64,000 nt of DNA from an uncultured virus (IMG/VR IMGVR_UViG_3300028591_000107). Its lineage: Duplodnaviria; Heunggongvirae; Uroviricota; Caudoviricetes. Below, piece after piece: positions 14,646 through 25,133 of this stretch; positions within the stretch are counted from its first letter, which is position 1, and every line of letters begins with the position of its first letter. The position numbers and the translations under genes were made by a program. The notes under the pieces were generated by a model. That model was not told the origin of the DNA and did not search any database. It saw nothing but the letters and a program-made list of their open reading frames with translations. Location of the stretch: IMG/VR virus record IMGVR_UViG_3300028591_000107. The stretch is one strand, 5' to 3'.

Positions 14646-17600
14646 ATGTTTAGATCATTATTAAGAACTTTACCTTCGCTTAGTGGTAATTTTAAATTAG
14701 CATGTAAAATAGATCATATAGATAAAACATATAAGTTAAATAATATTGATGTATATGAAGTATCAATAAAAAAATGTTCTTTACAACCATTACAAAATAA
14801 AATGTATAATAGAGACATTAATATTAATTTAACTAATAATTCTTATGAATATGATATTTGTAAATTTTATAATAAATATCGAGATAAATTTTATGATGTA
14901 AATTATATATTTAATGAAACTGATTATAAATATTGGAACCCAGTAATTAATGATGATTCATCTGTACGTAATAAAGATTATGAGTATGGATGTAAACGTT
15001 TATCATATTATAATACTGGATATCAATTTGAATTTTATGCACCTATTTATATTGATGAATCTAATGATTTACCAAAATATTTTGATATTTATGTTTATTT
15101 TAATGATTATAATATGAAAATTCTTCGCATTAATATAGATAATGATAATGAATCAAATTATTTATATCAATACATAAATAAGTATCTTTCAAAAATAAAT
15201 AGTAATATAATATATTTTGATGATAATAGTCAACAAGCTACATATTTTGGATTAGATGTTTTAAATGGAGGATTAACTTCTATAAAAGATAGTATGGTAA
15301 GTATATTATATAAAGAACAATTACCAATAAATCAATTTAATAAAATAATTAATAATGGATTTGAACGTAATAAACTTATTATGCGTCAAATTATTCCTTT
15401 AGCATTCCAATTTAATATTGAATCTTTATTATCTAATGGTGATGTTGAAAATTTTTATTATAAAGACATAAATATTAAAGGAAGTTATGTTAATAAAAAT
15501 AATTATAAATTGTCTTTATATGATATTGAACATTCTGGTGATGAATTATTTATAAATCGAAATTATAATAATGAAAATATTATGTTTCATAATTCATTAT
15601 ATTCTCTTTATGAAAAACAATTAAACATATATAAATATGATAATAAAATAAATATCAATTGGAATCACTGGAAATTACAATTATCTAATGAAGATAATCC
15701 ATATTATACAAATATTAATATTAATTATAGTGGTGTTAATGGCAAATATGGGAATTTTCCAAATATTGGAGCAACAAGACAAATATTATTAAATGTAATT
15801 AATACAAATGATATTTATGATATTGAATATTTTGAAAACACAGATGATTACATTTATAATTTAAATCAAAATATTTCATCATGGTATAAACTATTAAATT
15901 ATGATGATTATAATAGTTTAATTAAATATAATAAAGATTTTTTCAATAATGAAAATAATTGGTTTAATATAAAAAATAATTATGCATATGTAAATGGAAT
16001 TTTATATAATTTAAAAGATATCTGTACAATAAAAAATATAGATAAATTAGATTATTTTAATGTGTTTGTTTATCCTAATTTTAATATTATTGATAATTTT
16101 GGAAATTCAATTTCTTCAAACTATACAATTGAATATTCAAAAATAAATAGTCTTAAACGCAGATATGATTTTAATAAACATTTATTTTATATTAAAAATG
16201 AATCTAATGAAACTAATGCAAATTTTGTTCCATTTAATATTTCAACCAATAATATATTTATTAAATCAACATATAATTTAAACAATAAACAATATATCTT
16301 TAATAAAAATGAAAATAATGTAATATATTATGATATTGATGAATTACTTAATGAATTAGAATTAGATGAAAAAATTAAAGAATCTTTTAAAGAATCTTTA
16401 TCTGAATATTTAATAAATGCATATTGTCAAATTTCTAATATATATATTATTAAAAATATAGATGAATTAATAAAAAATAAAAATATATATTCTTTATCTA
16501 ATATATATTATAAATATTCTTTAGATGAAAAGTATAATTCATTTACAAATATTTCATTAAACACAGATTTAAATAGTTTAAATACAAAAGAAATTAGTCT
16601 TTATAGTAAAAAAACGTTTATATCAAGAACAGATTTATTAAATAATAAAGAATTATTATCAAAAAATAATATAAATATTAATATAAATGATCTTAATAAA
16701 TATGAAATGGTATTAACAGATAAAGATATATATTTTAAAGAATATGTTCCTTTAGCCACTGATATTTATTATATTGATAAAGATTCAAACATTGAAGGAT
16801 ATTGTAGAATAGAAAATTATGAACAATTTGAATTTGTAAAACAATATAAGTTTGAAATAGTTATAGTAAAAAATAATATATTAATAACCGAAAATAATAT
16901 AAAAATACAAAATCAAAAATCAATCACTATAAATGATACTAATAATATTGAATATTTAAATAATGGATTTTTTGTATATAAAGGTGAAACAGTAAAATTA
17001 TATTATAAAGCTAAATTAACGAAAGTTACTGATGATATTATTAATACTATCGTCGGTAATAATACATATTTTTTATATATTAAAGAATTAAATGAAGATA
17101 AATTAAAAAATATTACAAAATATGAAATATCTGAAAATATTGATAATGAAATAAAAGTATTTACTCCTATATTTAATTCTGTATTTAAACATGAAGATTT
17201 ATATTATCAAAAGAATTTAATAGAAAATGAAAATATTTGTTATAAAATTGATAATAGTGATGAAACAATTTATAAATCATTTAATGATAAACCTAATAAT
17301 ACAGATAAAAAAATTGTATATTTAAGTAATTCACAAATAAAATATAAATATATTGAAGAAATATCATTAGAAGATATTATTAAAAAACTTGCAAATATTA
17401 TTTATAATAAAATTAATAATGAGCAAAATAATTTATATAATAAATTTAAAATTATATTAAAGTTATTAATAGACAAAAATGATTATAATATTATTGACAA
17501 GTTAAGTATTGAAAATTTAAATAATTATGATAATATTTATAAATTTATAACTGGTTTATTAAATGTATTAAATAAATATAAAGATATATTTATAGGAAAG

Positions 17601-18545
17601 GAAATAAAAAATAATGTATATTCTAATATTACTTATGATGATGTTTATAGTAAAGATATTGTTAATAATATTATAAATAGTGAAAATATTAACGATAAAA
17701 TAAATAAAATTATAATTAGTATAATCATAAATATTTTATATGGAAAAGAATCTAATGGAATAATTAAAAAACGAGATTTTAGTAATAGTAAAATAAATGA
17801 CGATTATTTTAAAGTAAAATTTTATAATTATGAAAATATATTAAAATATTCATACGCAGTATCATATAGAACATTATTATTTAATATTTTATTAAAGGAT
17901 TTTAAAGAAGATGATAAAGATATTTATAATATTAAGAATAATAATCAATCTTTAGATGAATTTATAGAAATTGATAATATAAATAGTGAAAATAATGATG
18001 AATTTAAAATAAACAATATAATATTATTGTTAAAACATATATATGATACTAATTATGATCATTTTATTGAATTATTAAAAGAAGATTATAAATTAGAATT
18101 ATATGAATTAAGAAATAATAATTATTTTGATATATTAGATAAGGATGATAATTATGTTAATATATTTACTGATGATAAAGGTAAAAAATATGGATATATT
18201 ATATATCGTCCATATATAGATAATACTGTTAATACATATAATATTGAAAATGCGATATTATTTAATAGTATTTATTCACATAAATTTAGTGATAATACTA
18301 AAAATAATGAAAAAATATTTATTAAATATTTTAATGATTTAGTTCCATATTTAAAATTTAATTTCTTTACATATTATATATTTAGTATTAATAGTAAATA
18401 TAATAGTATGATAATTAATCCTTATAGATATTTATTAGAAGATAAATATTATATTAATAAAACTAAAATAAAACCTGATTATAAATATGTAGATTCATTT
18501 AGTTATTTAAGTGATTTAAAAATTATGATTTACAAAATTATATAG
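14646..18545 (+). CDS. Large Asn/Ile-rich hypothetical protein, probably structural; likely continues into 18635..19162 via a -1 shift
   Basis: 1299-aa ORF. Confidence 0.75.
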   Translation: MFRSLLRTLPSLSGNFKLACKIDHIDKTYKLNNIDVYEVSIKKCSLQPLQNKMYNRDININLTNNSYEYDICKFYNKYRDKFYDVNYIFNETDYKYWNPVINDDSSVRNKDYEYGCKRLSYYNTGYQFEFYAPIYIDESNDLPKYFDIYVYFNDYNMKILRINIDNDNESNYLYQYINKYLSKINSNIIYFDDNSQQATYFGLDVLNGGLTSIKDSMVSILYKEQLPINQFNKIINNGFERNKLIMRQIIPLAFQFNIESLLSNGDVENFYYKDINIKGSYVNKNNYKLSLYDIEHSGDELFINRNYNNENIMFHNSLYSLYEKQLNIYKYDNKININWNHWKLQLSNEDNPYYTNININYSGVNGKYGNFPNIGATRQILLNVINTNDIYDIEYFENTDDYIYNLNQNISSWYKLLNYDDYNSLIKYNKDFFNNENNWFNIKNNYAYVNGILYNLKDICTIKNIDKLDYFNVFVYPNFNIIDNFGNSISSNYTIEYSKINSLKRRYDFNKHLFYIKNESNETNANFVPFNISTNNIFIKSTYNLNNKQYIFNKNENNVIYYDIDELLNELELDEKIKESFKESLSEYLINAYCQISNIYIIKNIDELIKNKNIYSLSNIYYKYSLDEKYNSFTNISLNTDLNSLNTKEISLYSKKTFISRTDLLNNKELLSKNNINININDLNKYEMVLTDKDIYFKEYVPLATDIYYIDKDSNIEGYCRIENYEQFEFVKQYKFEIVIVKNNILITENNIKIQNQKSITINDTNNIEYLNNGFFVYKGETVKLYYKAKLTKVTDDIINTIVGNNTYFLYIKELNEDKLKNITKYEISENIDNEIKVFTPIFNSVFKHEDLYYQKNLIENENICYKIDNSDETIYKSFNDKPNNTDKKIVYLSNSQIKYKYIEEISLEDIIKKLANIIYNKINNEQNNLYNKFKIILKLLIDKNDYNIIDKLSIENLNNYDNIYKFITGLLNVLNKYKDIFIGKEIKNNVYSNITYDDVYSKDIVNNIINSENINDKINKIIISIIINILYGKESNGIIKKRDFSNSKINDDYFKVKFYNYENILKYSYAVSYRTLLFNILLKDFKEDDKDIYNIKNNNQSLDEFIEIDNINSENNDEFKINNIILLLKHIYDTNYDHFIELLKEDYKLELYELRNNNYFDILDKDDNYVNIFTDDKGKKYGYIIYRPYIDNTVNTYNIENAILFNSIYSHKFSDNTKNNEKIFIKYFNDLVPYLKFNFFTYYIFSINSKYNSMIINPYRYLLEDKYYINKTKIKPDYKYVDSFSYLSDLKIMIYKII

Positions 18546-18634
18546 ATAATAGTAATAATATAAATATATGGAGATTATCTACATATGATTTATTAAAACA
18601 TAAAAATCCTCAAAAAATTACAATTTATCGTTAT

Positions 18635-19162
18635 ATGAATTTTATATCGCCAGTATTTAAAAAGGTGAACAATATAAAAACATATCAATTAAAATATAAA
18701 AAATTTAATTATAATTTTGATGATGACAATATTTATTTAACCAATATAAATATACATACATATTCTCCAGTATATATATTCAGTAATAAAACAGATAAAT
18801 TTTATGATTATCTTATTAGTAAAAATTTACCTAATTCAATTACTACTGAATATGAATATGAATACAAATCATTTAATGATAATTTATATTATTTATTAAA
18901 ACCTTCATTTGAGGTAAGTGTTGAAAACCTTTTAACATATGAACAATTATTAGAATATGAAAATGCTATTAATACATATAATACATTTAAAAAATATATT
19001 AGTCAATTTATAAAAACTAATAATTATAATTCAGATGAAGAAAATAAAATATTATTTTTATTTAATAAATATGTAGTATCATATCATTCTATAAGTGTTA
19101 AACTTAATACATATCAAAATAAAAAATTATACAAACTAAAATATATTTTTAATATTATATAA
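18635..19162 (+). CDS. Probable C-terminal part of the preceding protein (frame open from 18515)
   Basis: -1 frame opens at TTTAAAA. Confidence 0.6.
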   Translation: MNFISPVFKKVNNIKTYQLKYKKFNYNFDDDNIYLTNINIHTYSPVYIFSNKTDKFYDYLISKNLPNSITTEYEYEYKSFNDNLYYLLKPSFEVSVENLLTYEQLLEYENAINTYNTFKKYISQFIKTNNYNSDEENKILFLFNKYVVSYHSISVKLNTYQNKKLYKLKYIFNII

Positions 19163-22128
19163 TGTCAAATAAAAACATTCATTTATTAGATAATTTAATA
19201 GAAGAAAATAAAAATTATAATAATACTATTCATGCATTGGCTAATATGGGTCAACGTATGGGTATTAAAGGTGATTCTATTATATATAATTCATTTGAAC
19301 TTATTGATGTATTTAATGTCAATTTAAAAAATGAAAACATTATTTCATTTGAAGGTGTAAAAGAAAATATAGATGATTATATTGGTTATTTATATTATGT
19401 TAATAATGATGATACATCAATAACATGTAATTTTGGTGCCATTAAAAAAACACAATTATTAGAATCAAAACGAGGTTATATAAATAACTCCGATACATTA
19501 TTAAATTCAATAAATTGTAATTTTACAAATAATGATTCAAATATTTTTGGAGAATTTAAAATAAATAATGAAGAAAGTTTAAAAATTGAAGGTATAAATA
19601 TACTTAATAATATAAATTCTTACAATAAAAATTCAGTAATTAAAATAAAAAATAATCATTTATATTCTTTATTATTTGGAAAAATTGTAAATAGTGATAA
19701 TATTGAAATTATTTACAATGATTTTGATTTGAAAAATAATGAATTAAAATATGCTTTAAGAGCAATTAAAGGAAATGTTGATAATACCTATGTGTTGTAT
19801 GAATTTGATATTAATGATATTAAAAATCCATTTTTAAAAGTTTATAATTTAAATCTCAATGAGAATAATAATTTGAATAATAATTTAAGTAATATATTTA
19901 ATACTTATTTTGTTGAAGAAACAAATATTGATAATTTAGATATATCCGATATTAATGATATAAAATCATCTAAATTTATATTTGAATATTTCTTAAATTA
20001 TTCATCTTCTAATATATATAATTTAGCATATAATAATGAAAATAATACTAAATTATCATTAAGAACACCAAATAGTATTAAGGATGAAAATGAGTTAACA
20101 AATTATTTAAATATAATTAATTATATAAATAACGATATTAATGTTTTAATACCTGCACTTATAAAATATTATCATAATAATTTTTTCGGTATAAATATTA
20201 ATACAATAATATTACGTGTGTTACAAAATGTTTATGAAACTATGTGTTATAAACATTATATTTCATATTCAAAAGATAATATTAATAATAAAAATATTAA
20301 TTTTAATGACAATCGATTTGTATTATATTTCCCATTAAATTATAAAATAACATACGAATGTAATAAAAACAATATATTTGATATATATAATATTAATGAT
20401 TTATATATTCATAGATTAAATTTGGAAAATTATGATTCAGATTTAATTTCATATAATGAATTATTAAATAATATTTTGTTTTCAAGTAATGTAATAAAAC
20501 AAAGTATGTTTGATGTTTATAATTTAACATTTGATTATAATAGTTATTATGATAATAATTATATTGCAAATATTAATATTATATATTTACATACTTTACC
20601 ATATATAGATAAATCTAATTATAATTGGTATATTAATGGACAAAATAGTGGATTACGTTCTTATATAAATAATTCATTATTTCAATATTTTGTAATTATA
20701 AATACTATAAAAATTGAAGACAACGATATACAAGGAGAATATTTAACAAATATTCCAAATGATTTATCTAGTTATTTTAATGATAATGAATTTATTGTTA
20801 AAAATTTTGAAATATCATATGAACGTGTTAATAATTCAATTACAACAAATATTGATAGTATTACATTTAAAACATTATTACCTAAAATATCAACATATGA
20901 TTTAACCGATGTATATCAAAATACATTAGTTATATCATTATCAACAATTAATACCGCAAATTTAAATAATGTTTTAATGTGTACATTATGGAAATATAAT
21001 GATAATGATTGGGAAATATTAAAAAATTCAAACACAAATGACATTTTAGATTTAAGAGATTTCTTAAATTTAGGTTTATTAAAATATCGCTCATTAAATA
21101 CTAAAGATTATATATTTAATTATTTTGGTATGTTAATGAATAATATAAAAGATTATCATAATCCATATGGAAATGAGATTATAAAATTAGCATTATTAAA
21201 AAAGGATAAAAATAATGATTTAGGATTAAATTTAAGTGTAGTATCAAGTAATGATATTTCTATAACTGATAATAAATTAAATACGGATGATATTAATGAT
21301 ATTACACAAAATGAAAGATATATTGATGGAAATACTGATAATATTAAAGAAATTACACGAAATAATATTACTGTATCTAATAATAATTCTAATATAATAT
21401 TAATAAATAGTGATGACAAAACAACTTCTAGTACATCATTAAGTTACGATCAAACTTCAGAAATTAATTTAGAAAATTATAAAGATTATACATTTAAAAA
21501 TGCCCCATTATTAGATCTTTCAGAAATAATATTGGAACATCCTCAAATAATAAATCGTTTAAATTTGCTTTCTTTAGATAGTAATAAATATATATATAAT
21601 ACTATAATTGGTGTTGATTTAGATAAAAATAAAAAGAATGTATTTACTATTAAACCATCATCATTAAATGTTGATATAGGTACGAAAACTTTAATAGATG
21701 AAAAATCAATAAAACGTTTTAAAACTCTTGATACAATTTCAATAGATTTTAATAATATTGAATTAAATGGTAAAGTTAAATCCGGTTTAATTAGACAAGA
21801 ATTAACAGATAATTCATATATTTTATATAAAGATATAGTATTAATTGGAAATGATGTAATTAAAAAAAATAATGGAAAATATTATATTAATATATTAGAA
21901 TTATTAGAAAAAAATAATATTAAGGATGATTTTTCAGATGCTGGTGGAAAATTTAATTTAGTTCAAAATAATAACGATATTGAAAAAGGTACAAATGATA
22001 TAATATATATAAATTCTAATATTAGTAGTATAGATAATATTAATATATGTACAAAAACTTTACGTGTTATAAAATATATAAATACTACAAGTAGTAATAA
22101 TACCAAAAATATTATTATGTTAGTTTAA
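19162..22128 (+). CDS. Large Asn-rich hypothetical protein
   Basis: 988-aa ORF, TAATG coupling. Confidence 0.75.
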   Translation: MSNKNIHLLDNLIEENKNYNNTIHALANMGQRMGIKGDSIIYNSFELIDVFNVNLKNENIISFEGVKENIDDYIGYLYYVNNDDTSITCNFGAIKKTQLLESKRGYINNSDTLLNSINCNFTNNDSNIFGEFKINNEESLKIEGINILNNINSYNKNSVIKIKNNHLYSLLFGKIVNSDNIEIIYNDFDLKNNELKYALRAIKGNVDNTYVLYEFDINDIKNPFLKVYNLNLNENNNLNNNLSNIFNTYFVEETNIDNLDISDINDIKSSKFIFEYFLNYSSSNIYNLAYNNENNTKLSLRTPNSIKDENELTNYLNIINYINNDINVLIPALIKYYHNNFFGININTIILRVLQNVYETMCYKHYISYSKDNINNKNINFNDNRFVLYFPLNYKITYECNKNNIFDIYNINDLYIHRLNLENYDSDLISYNELLNNILFSSNVIKQSMFDVYNLTFDYNSYYDNNYIANINIIYLHTLPYIDKSNYNWYINGQNSGLRSYINNSLFQYFVIINTIKIEDNDIQGEYLTNIPNDLSSYFNDNEFIVKNFEISYERVNNSITTNIDSITFKTLLPKISTYDLTDVYQNTLVISLSTINTANLNNVLMCTLWKYNDNDWEILKNSNTNDILDLRDFLNLGLLKYRSLNTKDYIFNYFGMLMNNIKDYHNPYGNEIIKLALLKKDKNNDLGLNLSVVSSNDISITDNKLNTDDINDITQNERYIDGNTDNIKEITRNNITVSNNNSNIILINSDDKTTSSTSLSYDQTSEINLENYKDYTFKNAPLLDLSEIILEHPQIINRLNLLSLDSNKYIYNTIIGVDLDKNKKNVFTIKPSSLNVDIGTKTLIDEKSIKRFKTLDTISIDFNNIELNGKVKSGLIRQELTDNSYILYKDIVLIGNDVIKKNNGKYYINILELLEKNNIKDDFSDAGGKFNLVQNNNDIEKGTNDIIYINSNISSIDNINICTKTLRVIKYINTTSSNNTKNIIMLV

Positions 22129-22655
22129 TGAATACGAAAGTTATTATTACAGGTACACATAACGTAAATAAAAATCAATTAGCATTAAGATTAACTGAAT
22201 TAAATGATAATTTATCTATAATGCCAACATTTACTACCGATGTTGATTATGAAGGAATTAATGAAATATTTAATTATAAAATTGATTTAAATACTATATA
22301 TTTATCATATAAAAACAATGCATTATTATATGTTAATACTATAAATAATATATCTACTGGTGTTACATTAGATGATTATTATAACAATGATATATGTATA
22401 ATTGATGTTAGTGATTTTAATATGATATCAGACAAACAGTTATCTGAAAATGACATTTTAATAGTGTGGATAGATTCTAAATATAATAAAAAAACAGATA
22501 TACAAGAAATTAAATATCTTCAACAGAGATTAACTAAATATAATTATTTATATTTTTTAGAATCTGAAAATATTAACGATATTGCAGATGTTATTTTAGA
22601 ATATTTAAATAGCCCAGAAGAAGTTAAAATAGAAATTTTAGAAAATAATTCATAA
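22128..22655 (+). CDS. Guanylate-kinase-like P-loop protein, degenerate
   Basis: VIITGTHNVNK Walker-A-like motif, FTT motif. Confidence 0.5.
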   Translation: MNTKVIITGTHNVNKNQLALRLTELNDNLSIMPTFTTDVDYEGINEIFNYKIDLNTIYLSYKNNALLYVNTINNISTGVTLDDYYNNDICIIDVSDFNMISDKQLSENDILIVWIDSKYNKKTDIQEIKYLQQRLTKYNYLYFLESENINDIADVILEYLNSPEEVKIEILENNS

Positions 22656-22724
22656 AAATGTTAAAATTTATTAAAATTGTTTTAAATAAAATTTCTATAT
22701 TGTAAAAAAATAATAATATATAAT

Positions 22725-23309
22725 ATGTTTGCAAACGAAATGGGTGGAATGTCCATAGAAGGAAAATGGTTAAATAAAATGACTGGTGAAATTATATATG
22801 TAACTAATTATGTTGATGATGGTGATACAAGCATAATTATTTCCGATCATGGACAAATTTCAATGAATGATTTTATGAATAATTATATTCAGGCATCAGA
22901 CGATAATCTTTATGATAATAATGGAAATATAATTGGAAAATCAGAAAACGAAATAAATAATACAAAAACAAACAATAATATAAAAACTGACGATGATTTT
23001 TATATTGATGATATTCCTGTAGAATTATTTAATAACACAACAACTAACACAAAGAAAAATAATGAAGATAAATTAGAATTAAAAAACGAAAAAATTATTA
23101 AAAAGTTATTTGACAAAATTGAAAGTAAACCACAAATTCATTTGACAATTGATTGGGCAGATTTCCCAAAGAATGAAATATCAACATTAGTTAATTTTTT
23201 GGATGTTGATATTGATGATATTTCAAAGTATATAGAGCGAGAATTTATTACAACTGATGAAATATCAGGAGAAATTACCAAAATTATTCAAAGTAAATTA
23301 AATGACTAG
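22725..23309 (+). CDS. Hypothetical protein
   Basis: 194-aa ORF. Confidence 0.75.
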   Translation: MFANEMGGMSIEGKWLNKMTGEIIYVTNYVDDGDTSIIISDHGQISMNDFMNNYIQASDDNLYDNNGNIIGKSENEINNTKTNNNIKTDDDFYIDDIPVELFNNTTTNTKKNNEDKLELKNEKIIKKLFDKIESKPQIHLTIDWADFPKNEISTLVNFLDVDIDDISKYIEREFITTDEISGEITKIIQSKLND

Positions 23310-23541
23310 TAATGAAAAGGATTTTGTCAAATCAATAGTTGAACATTCAGACAATATTAAAAAGGCACAAGAATATATAGAGGAAAATTTTGGAATAAAA
23401 ACAAAATATAATGAAGAGACAAATACAATAAATTTGTGGACAACAAATATTAATGAAGCTCTTCAAATTATTGCAGCAAAAGATTATTTGATAACAACTA
23501 TTGGTGAAGATATGATTAATGTTAAATATGGATTAAAATAA
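23302..23541 (+). CDS. Hypothetical protein
   Basis: 79-aa ORF overlapping the previous stop. Confidence 0.7.
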   Translation: MTSNEKDFVKSIVEHSDNIKKAQEYIEENFGIKTKYNEETNTINLWTTNINEALQIIAAKDYLITTIGEDMINVKYGLK

Positions 23542-23658
23542 TTATTAATCATATTATCAAAAAAGTCACTCTGATAAACAATTTTTTATAGTTAATATAG
23601 TTTATTAAATTTATAAAAAAAGTTAATCAGAGTGACTTTGGTGTTTTCTGGCAGCAGT

Positions 23659-24726
23659 TTAAATTATATCCAATATACCTTTTAATTTATTAGCAGATGC
23701 TTGTATTTGTGATTGTGCTTCGCTTATATCTTTAGATATGTTATATTCTACATTTTCATCTAATATCTTTTTGATATAATCAGGAAAATATTTATCATCT
23801 AATACTATTAATGTACGATTATATTTAAAATGTTCAAAAATATCTTCTTCTGATTTATCTATACGTCCAACATAATTTTTTTGATTAATTAAATTATGAA
23901 TATAATTATGAACTATATCATCATTATTAAAGTCTAAATTGTAATTAATATCTTTAGTTGATACTTTAAATACCTTTGTAGAATTTGATTTTGATTTTCT
24001 TACAATTACAGGAAGAATATTATCTGAACCATCTCCTTTTATTATTTTATCAATTACTATTTGTTTTGGTGATATTTTTGTAAGTTTAATTGATTTCTTA
24101 ACTATATCATTAAATAACACATCATTTTCATTAAACTCATAATTAAACAAAAAGTTTAAATCTTCTTCATTATAATTATCTATGAAAACACCTGCATCTT
24201 TATTCCACCACATAGTAAAACACATATTATTATCTGTATGAACCAATTGTTTTAAATCATTATCTTTAGTCCAAATAATACAATTGGTTCCTTGTTTATT
24301 TAGTTCTTTTGACCAATGATATATCCAATCGTCACCTTCAATATCTTTTTCTCTAGATACATTTATACCTGTTTGTGACAATACAGATAAGAAATTGTCA
24401 TATGCCTCAAAAACTAATTCCCAATTAATATCTGAAGATCTTGTTCGAGTACCTTTATATTCAACTATTAAACCTTCAGTTTCCTTTTTATTTATAAGAT
24501 AATTTGGTAATTCAATTTTGTTTCTCCATGAACCGGCATCAGCACAAAAAATTAAATTATCAATCATTGGAAATTGTCTTAATACAACATTAATAGATTT
24601 GATTAGCATTAATTTTAAATCTTGACACAATTCAAAATCATCAAGATAATTATTACACATTACACTCAATCTACTCATTAAAAGCCAGTTTCCATCGATT
24701 AATAACGTAAGCTTACTTTTCGACAT
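23659..24726 (-). CDS. 5'-3' exonuclease/flap endonuclease (T4 RNase H-like)
   Basis: LLIDGN, SWR...YKGTR, EGDD, TKDNDLKQL, GDGSDNI motifs. Confidence 0.9.
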   Translation of the reverse strand: MSKSKLTLLIDGNWLLMSRLSVMCNNYLDDFELCQDLKLMLIKSINVVLRQFPMIDNLIFCADAGSWRNKIELPNYLINKKETEGLIVEYKGTRTRSSDINWELVFEAYDNFLSVLSQTGINVSREKDIEGDDWIYHWSKELNKQGTNCIIWTKDNDLKQLVHTDNNMCFTMWWNKDAGVFIDNYNEEDLNFLFNYEFNENDVLFNDIVKKSIKLTKISPKQIVIDKIIKGDGSDNILPVIVRKSKSNSTKVFKVSTKDINYNLDFNNDDIVHNYIHNLINQKNYVGRIDKSEEDIFEHFKYNRTLIVLDDKYFPDYIKKILDENVEYNISKDISEAQSQIQASANKLKGILDII

Positions 24727-25133
24727 AAATCTACTTTCAATATATTTATATAAAAATAGAAAAACCCAATTATATAATTCATATAATTGGGTTATTTGTT
24801 AAAAAGAATTAAAAAATTTCTTAAGATATTACAATTCCAACCAATGATGCAAATACCACATTGTTCAAAACATTGTTAGATACTCGATTTATTGACTTCT
24901 TAACATTAAACTTACGAGTGGTTTTGTTCTTAGTATTCATATTATTTAATTTTAATTGTTTTACATATATAATGAAATTTCTTTGTTGAAACAAATCATT
25001 TCAATTATTTGTTTTACAAATATAATATAGAAACAATTACAAAAAATTCAAATATTATATAAAAAATAATTTAAATAAAAAATGTCAGGTTGTACCTGAT
25101 ACAATCCAACCCAATAAGATTCATATAATTAGA

